Part shown: positions 51,880-63,445 of the stretch, piece by piece
Position numbering within the stretch: the first letter of the stretch is position 1
How the letters are laid out: the number at the start of each line of letters is the position of its first letter
Translations under genes and position numbers: made by a program
Notes under the pieces: generated by a model
Databases searched by the model: none
What the model was told of the DNA's origin: nothing
What the model saw: only the letters and a program-made list of their open reading frames with translations
NCBI GenBank assembly: GCA_000934665.2
Contig: JYFJ02001425.1
Location: 1 to 64,000 of the forward strand
Source of the DNA: Catajapyx aquilonaris
Taxonomy: Eukaryota
Direction: 5' to 3'
Length of the DNA stretch: 64,000 nt

Positions 51880-52074
51880 CATCGATGCGACTCTGCATGG
51901 GCTCCCGGCGAGGTTTCATCTGCCGGATGAAGGTGGGAAATGTCCATCCTGAGACGATGACGGCTGGCCACTTGAACCGTCTGCGCCAAAGGAACAGCTT
52001 AGGGCCATCAAGGGACAACCTGAACCATGCTGTTGTGCACTGCACTGGTTATATCAAGAACTGGCCACCCTCTG
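51880..52074 (+). CDS. tgo: ARNT/tango PAS-A exon
   Basis: [20 protein letters not shown]...[17 protein letters not shown]; ccacag| ... |gtatgt, phase 1-1. Confidence 0.98.
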
Positions 52075-52626
52075 GTATGTTGGTAGATCTTTTAAAAACC
52101 CTGATGGGATTTTAAAACTCATCAATGAAATTCTATCCTTCTTTTCAAATAACTATGCAGGTCATATTAAGCACATAACTGTCTTGAAATCTTGATGGAA
52201 AATGGCTCATTTGAACTGGGATATTATAATATAGTTTTGAAGACACTTCATGTGATGCTGCACTCTTTTATTGACTTGGGTCGTAAAGTCAGGCAAAAAT
52301 CTGGTTTATGATGGTGGGATCTACTTTTATCAGGATTAAAAAGTAATCCCAGGATGAGATGTCAAAGTTGGCTGCAAAGCCATCACCTGCAAAATAGTTG
52401 CATTGCCACATGGAGGTGGCTGGAAGGTGAAAACATGCATTTAAAAGATCATCTTATGACCCCACAAGGACAGAAAACTACATCAACTCTGTCTGCACAT
52501 CCAGGCCCATTCTCTTCCTGTGAGGTCTAATTGGAAAATAAGTGTCGTGATGCTACAGTTTCGACGCCATGTGACAGACAGGGAAAAAACCTAGCATGGG
52601 CATATACATTGATCCTTCCTCTACTT

Positions 52627-53122
52627 TAGGATGGGTAGGCACCTTCTTGTAACTTATGTGAACGCGCGGCAGCGTTGGGCGAGACCGAGTGGTGAGCCCA
52701 CATTCCGCTAGGCAAAGTCATGCCAGACAGAGAGTGTTGATCACATGGACTAAGAAAGAAGTTAGAACACTTGAGGACACTGTCAGTAATTGCTGTGGCT
52801 AGTAGTTCTGGTCGCTGGTTGTCCTATACGCTTGCGACCTTATTTCGAAATTGCTGGCACCATATTTCCGCACGTTTTGCTCAGGCATGACATCTCCGGA
52901 CCATACACTCCACTAGCTAGTGATGAATGTCGTATGTCAAATGTTGACCACCGGTGGCAAACATCTGTCCTAACTTCTGCCCTAGTTCATGTGATCAACA
53001 CACTCTGTCTGGCATGACTTTTCCTGGCAGAATGTGGGTGGGCACGCTCGGCTCGACGCACGGTGTCATCCAACAGCTGCTGCGTCTGCGCATAAGTTGC
53101 AAGAAGGCACCTACCCATCATA
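52627..53122. mobile_element. MITE with ~140-bp imperfect TIRs
   Basis: GATGGGTAGGCACCTTCTTGTAACTTATG...AAAGTCATGCCAGACAGAGAGTGTTGATCACATG is mirrored by CATGTGATCAACACACTCTGTCTGGCATGACTTT...CATAAGTTGCAAGAAGGCACCTACCCATC. Confidence 0.8.
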
Positions 53123-54589
53123 TGTCTTATTTGCCACATTCCCAAGGCAGTTTCCTCTCTTGATGGACTTGCTGTAGCATGCAATGAATTTGTCCAAACC
53201 TGGACCCGTTACCTTTTGTTGCCTTTCAGTCCAGAGAAAATGAATTGCACCCTGTGAATTCAGATTTCCCCCCCTACTTTTAAAGCCTCACTTGTCAAAG
53301 GAGTGCTGGGTTAAATCTTGTGTTCCCCTGGTACTTCTACCTGGTTCTCCACCAGGCTGTACCCACTGGTGCACGTGTTTAAAATGATGACAGGGTTGGC
53401 CAGATTCCCAGTTAGCCATAGCAGCATGCCAGACGGACAAGGACGATTTTTGTCATTGATTTGAATGTGACACCACTGACACGAATTTCAGGTGTGCCGA
53501 TTAATGTGGAAAATAGCTCTTGATAATAAGGTTTATGGATATTTCAAAAGCTATGTAAACTTTATTCATTATGGAGCATTCCACTGAGAAGTTACCTAAT
53601 GCTGAGGAAGGAGGCAATTGTGTGGTGTGCCTAATTTAATGAAAACCAGACCATATTACATAGCATCACTCCTGATTTAATACTGTGAGTTGTGTATGGC
53701 ATATTTTGCGCCACACATATCATCTTACTGCAGTGCACTGACACTTTTCCATTTTTTGATTACTAGTATGTTAAAAATATGCCACCCCTCCACTCTCACT
53801 TGTCATTGACTGCCTGCTGGATGATTTCACAAGCCATTCATAAGTATTGTGAAGTGATATTTACAGAGAAATACCCCTGAATCCCCTTATTATTGCAAAG
53901 TATTTTCCATGTTAATCAACAGCCCAGTCTCCTGTGTTACTCATTCAGATCAATGATCACACTCATACTCTCCCTGATTTCATACAGCTTTAACTGACTG
54001 GAAATCTGTACAATCCTGTCATAATTTTAAATGAGCACTATAATAGGGCCCCCCCAGGTGGAAGCACCAGGAGTACCTCAGAATTGTCGGGTAATGTAAC
54101 TTTCTAGGTAAATATTAGGAGAATAATATGACAGCCATATTATTGATGTACCTAGGTATTTTGTTTCCTTGATTACTTCACGAAGTTTAAAGTTTCTGGA
54201 TGCAGATTCTGCACATGGCATGAATCGTACACAACTAGTTGGAGGGAATGTGTTAAGTAAAGAATTGAATGCAATATTGTTTCTGCATGGACCTATCAGC
54301 TTGCGAACTGAGACTTTAGACATCAAAGGTAGAAAATTGTAGGCTTACCTCACTATGCACAATTGCTTACAGCCTGCTCTTTAGGAGCAAGGGAAAGTAA
54401 ATTAACTAACTCGTGCAAGTTGTACAACAATATGATTTTTTTTTCTCCTTTGAAATGTTGTTGAAATGTTACGAACAGGAAGTGGATTTTTTCTTATGTG
54501 ATACTGTGGGGGATCTAGTAATTTTGACTCTCGTGGTATGGTTGTTTCTACGGGGCAGGTTGGCAATGCTGCTTCGACATTTATTTCTC

Positions 54590-54690
54590 GGATTACCGTC
54601 CGCCTCTGAGATAAACGCATCGCATTCTCGGAATCAGGATTTTTTGCCTGATTTTTAGAGACCAACGTGTATTTTGAGTGGAGTGTCCCT
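54590..54690. mobile_element. Solo right end of a Kolobok-like element related to 148-547
   Basis: GGATTACCGT...GGATTTTTTGCCTGATTTTTAGAG...TTTTGAGTGGAGTGTCCCT|TTAA has the same terminus as position 547; no partner left end seen. Confidence 0.75.
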
Positions 54691-55042
54691 TTAACTTCTC
54701 AGAGATATGATGAACGACGCCTGAGCTATTGCAAAAAGAAAAATGGCATGCACACGTTTTTTATCGTTTTTGACAACATTTCAAGTAGCCGTAACTTCTG
54801 ATCTATTGACCTTAAGACCTCTGTAATTTCACGTGAAGGTGTATCTACGTAGTATGCATTAAAAACCCAAATGTCATTTCTATTGAAAAATAGAGGGTGT
54901 TATCCATGGGGCGTTTTGTCGTGGAATTGCCCTGTGGTATATTAAACTGCACTTTGACAAACAAATTTGTGGAAATGAGTGAAAAGTGTGGGTGATGCAT
55001 ATAGAGATGACTAACCTGTGTGGTGGTGTTCCCACCCAGCAG

Positions 55043-55333
55043 GTGTGCAGATGGACCGCACAGCAGAGGAGGAGGGGCATCCTGCATCCCACTGTTGTCT
55101 GGTGGCCATTGGTCGCCTTCAGGTGACCTCCACTCCAAGTACCAGTGACTTGGCTGGGTCCAACTCATCCTCGGAGTTTATCTCCCGCCACTCCATGGAT
55201 GGGAAGTTCACCTTTGTGGACCAGAGAGTCATAGGACTACTGGGTTACCCTCCTCAGGAGCTGCTTGGCAAATCATGCTTTGACTTCTTCCATCGAGAGG
55301 ACCAGACACACATGAAGGAGAGCTTTGAACAAG
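55043..55333 (+). CDS. tgo: ARNT/tango PAS-A end / PAS-B exon
   Basis: VQMDR...[14 protein letters not shown]...[59 protein letters not shown] acceptor (55040 or 55043), |gtgaac donor. Confidence 0.98.
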
Positions 55334-56829
55334 GTGAACTAATATGGACATATGAATCAATTTACACTAACTTTTGTTTTACCCTGTAACTGAAGAGAAG
55401 ATAGTAGTGAGTTCAGAGAGAGAGGAAAATTCTCGGATGCGTGGGAAAAAGTTCATAAGTCAAATAAATAATTTTTTGGCTTGTGCACTTTTCCCCCCAA
55501 ATCCGAGCATTAAACTCTCTAAATTAATAATCCACCTCATTGATAAGACTCGGATTCGCGGGGAAAAGAGCGCAAGGAAAAAATTATTTTTCTGACTTAT
55601 TCACTGTTTCCCACGCATCCTAGAATTAGGATGACTTCACAAGCTGAGCACCATGAGTCTGTAACATACACAGAAACCTGTGTATAGTGAAATCACTGTT
55701 TCAGAATTTTTAAAGTATTTGACGTGTTTCCACCAAACTATAGGAACGATAATAAGCTGCATTAACATGTTTCTCAATTTGCTTCCCTCAGTCTGTCCTT
55801 CTGAACCTGTTGACAGTTTTTGAGTTGATTGAATTTGTGAAGGTGGCAAAAGAGTCAACCAAATAATCTCAAGCAGTTTAAAAATTGTTTTGAGATGGAA
55901 AATGAGGAATAGAAAGATCACAGCCTCCGTGTCCTCTCAATAAGGAGAAGCATAATTTCTCCTGCCATTGTAATTTCATGCCATGGCTTTCTGAAGGGCC
56001 TTTAATACATTGTTGATTGAATCTCAAATTTGAAAAGGCGGGTAAGTCACAGTAAGAAAACTTTTCAGGAAGCACAAAAAACTATCTACTGACCATTCCT
56101 TCTTATGAGTCTCGTACATTTTGGATCATTGTATAGTGGCAACTGTTTGGCTGACTTGCACCCCTTCTTGCATGTGTTATGTAGCTTGTGATGGAGAATC
56201 TTATGGTGTGGGTAACTCAAAATTGCCAAAATCATTACTTACCTCGTTTTTAAAATTTGCGATTCAATTCTGCTATAGCCAGGATGGTTTTTCTCACTGA
56301 GGGACCTACAAATTCTGCCTGTCTGTGGCAGACAGGTTCGCCTAGAACCAACAACAACTTTTAAAGGCATCTTGGTACATTTTAATTTGGGAAGGACTTT
56401 CATATCGGCTGATGGAATTTGGCAGGGATAGGGGCACACAGTATAAACCTAACCCATGACCTAACTTTCCTTCCTGGCGGATACACACCTATCCTTCAGT
56501 GGATACAAGCCTAGGAAAGTAGGTACAAGTGCCGGGTCTCCCGAAATAAAGCGTAGCCTTGATTTGTCTGCTGAATGCATCAGTCACAATAGTGCTGAGA
56601 CTGAACTGTCAAAGTTAGTATTATCCAACATCATGTAATGATGTCATTGTTTATTGTGTATGAACAGGAATAGATTTTCCCGTGGTCCAAGTAGATATTT
56701 ATTTACAACAAACTCCCCCAGAAGGGCAAGGAGCACCGAACTCGATATATTAAAAATCACAGGTTTTCCCTTGTTATAAGTTGTAGACAATTTGATCCTA
56801 ATGACATGCGTCTTCCTTTCTCCCTGAAG

Positions 56830-57173
56830 TACTAAAGCTGAAGGGGCAAGTCATGTCGGTGATGTATCGCTTCCGGGCCAAGAGTGGGGACTGGGTGTGG
56901 CTACGTACTTCTGCCTTCGCCTTCCTCAACCCCTACACGGACGATGTGGAGTACATTGTGTGCACCAACACCTCCGCCAAGTCCCTTCACCACCAGCAGC
57001 AGCAGGAAGCAACTGCCACCAGTGCGCCAGGAGATGATCCCACTGCATCCACGCTACAGTATGCTGCTGCGGCAGCGCAGGCGCAGCAGCCAGGACTGGA
57101 TTACAGCCTCCAGAGACAGCAGCAACAGAGAGACATGTACCCTCCCTCACACCTCCTTGGTGGTCACATTCAG
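56830..57173 (+). CDS. tgo: ARNT/tango PAS-B/PAC and Gln-rich exon
   Basis: [48 protein letters not shown]...HIQ; ctccctgaag| ... |gtttgt, phase 1-0. Confidence 0.96.
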
Positions 57174-57335
57174 GTTTGTATGGATTTTCTACACTCATGA
57201 ACTGTCACAACAGTAAATAATTCCCAGCAGATGTCTGAAAATGAGCTAAAGGCTAAATTGTTTCATTTTGTTTACTCATAACTTCACCTGCTGTTGCAAG
57301 AAGTGTAATGAAATTGTTTTTTTCTCCTCCTTTAG

Positions 57336-57765
57336 GCTAGACCAGGGAGTGCGCAGAACGTGTATGGCGGCTATGAAACCACATCTCCACTGGGTTATGG
57401 ATCTCCTGGTAGTGGCGGAGGTGGTGGCGGTGGGAGTGGGGGAAGCAGTGGGAGTGGTAGTGGGGCAGGGGGTGGGGGCCAAGGAGGATCCTCGGTGCTG
57501 ACCCGCATCACCAAGGCGACCACTAGCCCAACGCCAGGTCAGGCCGCCTGGAGCCAGCCTCCCCACCTGCGCCAGGGTGCAGCTCCAACCTCTGCCTCTG
57601 AGCAAGGGTACCAGTACAGCCAGATCAGCCCATCCAGGTCACCCTCTGGCCCAACTTACACGCAGCTGAGTGCATCTGCAGCGGCCGCAGCAGCTGCAGC
57701 GGCTGCAGCAGCAGCTAGGGGAGGTGCTGGCTACCATTCCACTGCCGCTCCTGGTGCAGCCACTG
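57336..57765 (+). CDS. tgo: ARNT/tango Gly/Ser/Ala-rich exon
   Basis: ARPGSAQNVYGGYE...YQYSQISPSRSPSGPTYTQLS...AAT; ctttag| ... |gtgagt, phase 0-1. Confidence 0.92.
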
Positions 57766-57786
57766 GTGAGTAGCAGTGTCTTGGAT

Positions 57787-58150
57787 CAGCGGTCCCCAAC
57801 CCCCGGGCCGCGGACCGGTACCGGTCCGTGGATCAAATGGTACCGGCCGCCCAATTATTTCCATTTCATGATTTCATGATACCCTGAGATTGCCATTACA
57901 GCACTTAAATCCCTATTGCCATTTCCGACATCCTGTCGGTGTGAACCGGGGTTTTCTGCAGTGACAGCAACCAAAACAAAACAACTGAATAAACTGGACA
58001 TAAGCAACACACTTCGGGTGTCATTGTCTCCTATTACCCCTAGATGGAACCGTCTCGTTGCAAAGAAACAAGCTCAGGGTTCCCATTGATTTTGCGTTCT
58101 AGTGAGGTGACGTGTTCAATCACTTTATATTCATTTTTTGGTGTAACTGT
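57787..58150 (+). mobile_element. Internally deleted hAT-Charlie element (Charlie3/MER1A/OC1-like) in the last tango intron
   Basis: Left end CAGCGGTCCCCAACCCCCGGGCCGCGGACCGGTACCGGTCCGTGG. 57880-58089 encodes YPEIAITALKSLLPFPTSCRCEPGFSAVTATKTKQLNKLDISNTLRVSLSPITPRWNRLVAKKQAQGSH*, the hAT C-terminal dimerisation domain. Right TIR not seen. Confidence 0.88.
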
Positions 58151-58236
58151 ATTTTATCGTAGTGTGTTTGTGTTAAAGTTGAGTGACACACTGTGCAAGT
58201 TTTGTCAGCACATCTTAAGTGTTTGTTGTATTTCAG

Positions 58237-58472
58237 GTCTGTGGCAATGGCAGGGTTCTGGTCCAGACGGCAGTGGTGGAGGAGGGCCTGGCGGTGGTGG
58301 TGGAGGTGCAGGAGGTGGATCTGGAGGTGGCCCGGGAGGTGGCCCGGGAACCGGAGGTGGCCCAGGGCAGCAACCGCAACAGCAGGAGCTGACAGACATG
58401 CTTCAGATGCTGGACCAAGGAGGGGGAACTTCCTTTGAGGACCTCAACATGTTCAATGCCAGCTTTGAGTGA
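58237..58472 (+). CDS. tgo: ARNT/tango last coding exon (Gly-rich plus acidic activation tail)
   Basis: tttcag|(G)LWQWQGSG...QQELTDMLQMLDQGGGTSFEDLNMFNASFE*. Exon lengths sum to 2136 nt (isoform A) or 2190 nt (isoform B), both multiples of 3. Confidence 0.95.
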
Positions 58473-60147
58473 ACAAGTCACCAGTGTTTCTTTTTTTGAG
58501 AATCTTTTTAAATAAAGGGGAGGTGGGGAGGGAGTGGGGGGAAGGAGGAGGAAGAACCTCTTCTGGGGCCGCCCATATTGTGTATTGTTTCTTTGTTGTT
58601 TTTGTTTATAAATTTAAAATGCCAGGTAGTGTGAGGGGGCCAGGGGGCACAAAACGTGGTGTTTCTAGAGATATTTTGTGCTGCGTTATGTTTCTGGTGT
58701 CATACTTATTTCAGAAAAGATATAGTGGCCCGCGTGTAAGTGTTGAAAACTTTTTGCAGTACAAACCCACCCTCCCTCCCACGAGCACAAAGATCGCTAG
58801 AAATGCCACATTCTATACAGTGTGTGTGTGTAAATGTCCCTTTTTTTTAAACGGTTTGATTGAGTACGTGTCCCTTGCCCAGCACCTGTGTTCATGATTG
58901 CATGAATGCTAAAAAAAAGATAAAAACAGGAGGAGAAAAGAGAGAAAAAACATGCAGTAATATTTACAAAAGTAGCAACAGTGCCATACTTGCAAGTGCA
59001 ACATGTTTTATTTCGTGTAGCTATTACGTGACTTGACTTTATTTTTTTTTAGGTTCCCCCCCACACTTTAGTTTGTCCAGTTGTGAGAGGAGAGGCTTTT
59101 GGGAGGGGTTCTGGTGTCTTAAGGACTGTGCATTAAAAACAGAAACAATGATAGAAGAAAGCAGCGACGGCAGCTCTTGAGAGAAGCTTGGCTTCCCCCA
59201 TGCTTAATATATGCAAATTTTTAATTGATCTTTTTCCATCCTCTGTAACGATGAAACCTCCTCCCCTCTCCCCCACCCCCTTGCATCCACCCATCCAAGT
59301 AAGCTACATATATCATTTTATATACACATTTTGAACAGATTGGACAAAACATATCGAAGAGCATAATGGTCCCTCCCATTGTATATTTATTATGTGGAGA
59401 TAAACCCAGTTTTTTTTTGGCATAAGTAATAAGTCGTTCCCTCCATAAGTTTGTGGCTACGTAGCTTTATGTACTCTACTTCTCTTTTTATTTTGGACCT
59501 CCCAGTAAAAATACAGAAACTCCCAATTTTCAAGTGTATACATAGTACTTGGGAGTTTGCATACGTGAATCTGGAGGGATGTCAACCACGCCTTTTATGA
59601 TTACATTATCATTACCCCAATATTGTGTACAGCCCAGTTATATGCATGGCCCCTTTGAGTGCCAGTGGAAAACGAGCGAATGTGAGTGTAACAGTATACG
59701 AGTACATGAGAGTGGGACCTTGCAAGCAGATCGTGTGTGCACTTGCCATCACATATCACGTAGAAGGGGGAAAAATAATGGCGATTTTGTTTTGATTTTT
59801 TTTTCAACGAAAACTGGAACTTGACACATATCCCATCTCACCAAAATTCTTTATTTCGCCCCCCACCCCAGCACCAGTCCGCTTGTGTGTCTACCATGTG
59901 AGAGTTCTGTGCATATGTTTCGCCAGAGAAGGACAATTTAGTGAGGAATGGGAGGATTTTGGGGATGGGGGAGAGGAGTTTGGCAGTCAGTGTGTGATCA
60001 TCAAGGGTCAAAAAAAATAATTATTTGTACTTACCACACATAGTTTATATGGATTTAATGAATGGTAGTTTCTGATGGGTGTCCCAACCGAAAGGCGTTT
60101 TTGGATGGCCATAATGTTCATTATCATGCTTTTTCCACAAAAAAGGG

Positions 60148-60153
60148 AATAAA
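60148..60153 (+). terminator. Candidate distal polyadenylation signal of tango (3'UTR ~1.7 kb); a proximal AATAAA lies at 58511
   Basis: AATAAA followed ~25 nt later by a T-rich tract. Confidence 0.45.
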
Positions 60154-60545
60154 AGCTTACTACAGTAATAGGATCTACTTTTTTATTTCCTTCAGTGCTT
60201 CACACCAGCTACTAACAAAACTTTTTGTACTTTAGTACAACAGTGTCTTGTGTAAGCCACATTCATAACATGCAAAATAAAGATAAGCGACTATCTGATG
60301 CATTCATTTGAGGTGATATTACTGAGAAGCTGCGTTCCAGTGCTGACGTCAGTAAAAAAAAATACTTCAGCACTGGTGCTACATGCAACCTGTAAATAGG
60401 AGCAGCTGCATCTGGACGGAATTTCCTATCTTTATCCTTGACAGTTCATTTTCCATATTATATAATCACGTAAAATTGGTGTTCAGGCACTTGACTGTAT
60501 TATGCAATTTTACATAGGAAGAGTTTCTGCTACAAGCAGGTTTTA

Positions 60546-60679
60546 TGCCCGATTGCACCAACGAAATTACCGATTCGATAGCTCCTAACAGATCGTTAGC
60601 ACACATTAAAAGTGCTCCTAAGTCCTAATGATCCATTAGAAGCTATCAGATCGGTAATTTCGGTTGGTGCAATCAGGCA
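60546..60679. mobile_element. PIF/Harbinger-like palindromic MITE
   Basis: TTA|TGCCCGATTGCACCAACGAAATTACCGAT ... ATCGGTAATTTCGGTTGGTGCAATCAGGCA|TTA. Confidence 0.8.
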
Positions 60680-61458
60680 TTAGTGTATTGTTATATGAGG
60701 TGATCAGGATAAGATGCACCTTTAAATATTGGGCCTCACTCTTTGCTGGAATAATTTTAATACTTTTTTGACTCTCTTGCTCTTAACCCTCCCTATGCAT
60801 TCAAAAAGTGTGTGCAAATTTTCCTCAATTGACATGTACTTGCCTGCAATTTTAGCTATCTTTTTTTTCCATCCATGTTGTTATACACCTTTTCCGTGAT
60901 GGGCTCGTAGGTGGGTTATGCCACACTTTTTCACCTGAAACATTATGCATACAAGATGTGAGAGATTCAAATGCTTAACAAGCAGTGAAATTGGGATATC
61001 AAATTCTACTCGTTCCTCAAACACTCGACACAGCGGAGTTCATTACATTTCATTCTAGCCAGTGCAGTTTGCCCTGTTCAGCAACAATGGAGCCAAATTA
61101 ATCCCCACTCTTTTCCTGATTATGAAAGCAATCAGTTTATTGTCGCAATCCCTGATGGGAAGAATGCGCGCGCTTGACGTGACGCTGATATTGCTTTGAG
61201 CACATCCTTTCATGCATTATGTAGCAGGTCTACTGGGATAATGACGACGGGCATAAACGCCCCCCACCCCCTCTCTTTTCCTGACAGCTGGAATGCACTA
61301 GTTGATTTTATAATGGGGAGGCCTGCCCCACAATTGCGTAATGAAAGGGATCTCCTTGCATCTGAAACAATCATTTGAATTGAAAGGGATGGAATTAAAG
61401 TGTGTGACACGCTTTTTATTGCACAAGCTCCATCCTTTAAAAAATGCACCCACTCTAT

Positions 61459-61953
61459 TTAAAAGAATTGACTAGCTGCCGACAGTCCCGTCAGCAAACC
61501 CAGAGGAATCGCTGCTAAAATCTGGTACAAAAAGAGGCACAATGAGGAGGGTTGTCTGCCCAGCATCTCCACGAAGAGAAGAGCCGCAAGTCCGAAGAAC
61601 ACTTTCCTCATATTAACCGCCGTTTGGGAGCTTGGAAAGTCCGGTCCCAGAGGTTTGATTAGACCGAAGATCAACGCCCACAGTGTCGTGTTGGCATAGC
61701 ATACCGCCCCGTACTTGTAGAAAACCGGAAGGAAAAATGCGGCCAGGATGGCCACCACCACACTGGAGCCTGGCCTCTTCTCCAGCTTGTGGATGAATCC
61801 TCCGGGGCCGAATAGCTCAGGCGCGGGCATGGCCCTCAGCACCATGGAGAGGATGAACACGTCCACACGTGGGTCTGAGCTGCCTCCAAAGAGACGGATC
61901 ATTGACAGCAGAGAGATGACCATGACCACATATTGCGAGTGAATGATCGCCAT
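61459..61953 (-). CDS. 164-aa multi-pass membrane protein of unknown function (single coding exon)
   Basis: Acceptor ttctgtttgcag|G ATG GCG, with a 60-nt upstream intron (AAG|gtaagg at 62015). GC-rich codons, about 5-6 hydrophobic segments, AATAAA at 61415-61420 (minus). Confidence 0.72.
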   Translation of the reverse strand: MAIIHSQYVVMVISLLSMIRLFGGSSDPRVDVFILSMVLRAMPAPELFGPGGFIHKLEKRPGSSVVVAILAAFFLPVFYKYGAVCYANTTLWALIFGLIKPLGPDFPSSQTAVNMRKVFFGLAALLFVEMLGRQPSSLCLFLYQILAAIPLGLLTGLSAASQFF

Positions 61954-63049
61954 CCTGCAAACAGAATTGGACACGTGAGAAGCCCCTTTTTTGTTCAACA
62001 GGGACCTTCCTTACCTTGCTCGACAGCAGACCGAGGAGTAAATAAAATCCGGGAAGGGGGGACAACCGGGTCAAGGGGCTTTTTATCGGCCACAGGGCAT
62101 GACGGGAGTTTGACGCTGTTTTCGTGTATAGAAGAGGGTGCATTTGACAATAATGGGGCGATCCGAGGATTTCCAAGGCTACGTCACTCGAGGAAATTGT
62201 AACCATAACAACAATAACGGTCAAGTGGTCAAGTGTCAGCTTATCTTGTGGAGTGGAATTTAAGTTTTGAATACATTCTTGTTTGAAAAACTCTTCGGAT
62301 TTTTATGCAAGTCATTGCCCAGTCTAATGAACGTGATCCTGATTTTTGTCTCCCGCACTCATTTGTTACTGAAGTCTCTTGGACCACCCTGTATGTCAAA
62401 TGTAGTTCCTAGTTACAAATAGCGTAGGCGGAACTTCATGTACTGCTCTCTTTAGCGAACTGCACGATAGTGAGAATAAACCGCTCTTGGGAGCTGATAA
62501 AAATTCCTGCAAAGTAATTGGTGAGCTGGCCATCAACTCGTCTCATTAGCATGCACTCCTCCTTTTTGCGACCAGACAAAAACCATGGAGCGTAACTGTT
62601 TCGAAGAGCTTGACGAGCTTGAAGATCATCCTTCCTCGTTGAGACGTCAGTGGTGGAGAGGTGCTAAATGTGGCTCCATCCCTCCCTCTTTACCCTCGAT
62701 TGTCCCACTCCTCCTCCACATACCACACATGATGATAAAGTGTGAGTATATGAGTGTAGGCGGCTTATGAGAACAAAAGGTCGAGAGGAGAGAGAGAGCC
62801 CAAGCAGGAAGGAAATCCTCTGCTTCCCTTAACCATCACTCGTGGACAACACAACATCAGAGAGTTGGACCATTTTTTTTTATTCGGCTTCATTATTGTT
62901 TTTTTTTTTGTCTCTCTCTTCATCTGATAGAGCGTGGTAGTTGTATACAGTAGATACAAAGGACCTTGGCGAATAGCCGACGGGGCGGGGATGCTGTCGA
63001 GAGTCGCCAATTGAGTCGGAGGGCCTCTTGTGCTGACCCACTACTCCCA

Positions 63050-63170
63050 TCACGGTTTGGGATAACCGGGACACCTAATTCGAGGGCAGCAGTGAGGGAA
63101 CTGAAGGGACAGGTTCTCGGGCTCGATCCGGCATCTCGAGTGCATCGGAAGCTTCGGAACAGGCTCGCAT
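63050..63170 (-). CDS. Single-domain VWC (SVWC/Vago-like) protein, last exon
   Basis: cacttcag|(G)CEPVPKLPMHSRCRIEPENLSLQFPHCCPRIRCPGYPKP* carries the SVWC C-terminal motif FPxCCPxxxC; AATAAA at 62879-62884 (minus). Confidence 0.92.
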
Positions 63171-63249
63171 CTGAAGTGTATGCCAAAAAAATTAAATATT
63201 CGTCCATGCTATAGTGACATATTGTGCAATTATTGAAAAATGAGCATAC

Positions 63250-63445
63250 CCGAATCCCCAGACGGTTCCGTTGGTGCATTTGGCTTCTTCGCATGTTGCG
63301 GTGGGCCAGGCGGTACCCGATGGGACCATCATGCCCAGTTCGGCGGCATAGCACGTGCGGAGATTCGCATGTTTTTCCCTGTTCTCCTCGGTGTCTTCCT
63401 CGTAGTAGTAGAATGTCCGGTCATCTACGGATCTGGCATACTCGG
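63250..63445 (-). CDS. SVWC/Vago-like protein, middle exon
   Basis: tctctgcag|(A)EYARSVDDRTFYYYEEDTEENREKHANLRTCYAAELGMMVPSGTAWPTATCEEAKCTNGTVWGFG|gtatgc, phase 1-2; 8 Cys in total with the last exon. Confidence 0.92.

Noticed and set aside
58470..58897. Stop-codon read-through or downstream ORF after tango
   Set aside because: The TGA-A context is not the leaky TGA-CTAG type, and the downstream ORF is in another frame and looks like UTR.
16690..63360. CACGTG E-boxes as a clock/ARNT-homodimer cluster
   Set aside because: Roughly 16 occurrences noticed in 64 kb, about chance expectation, and not clustered.
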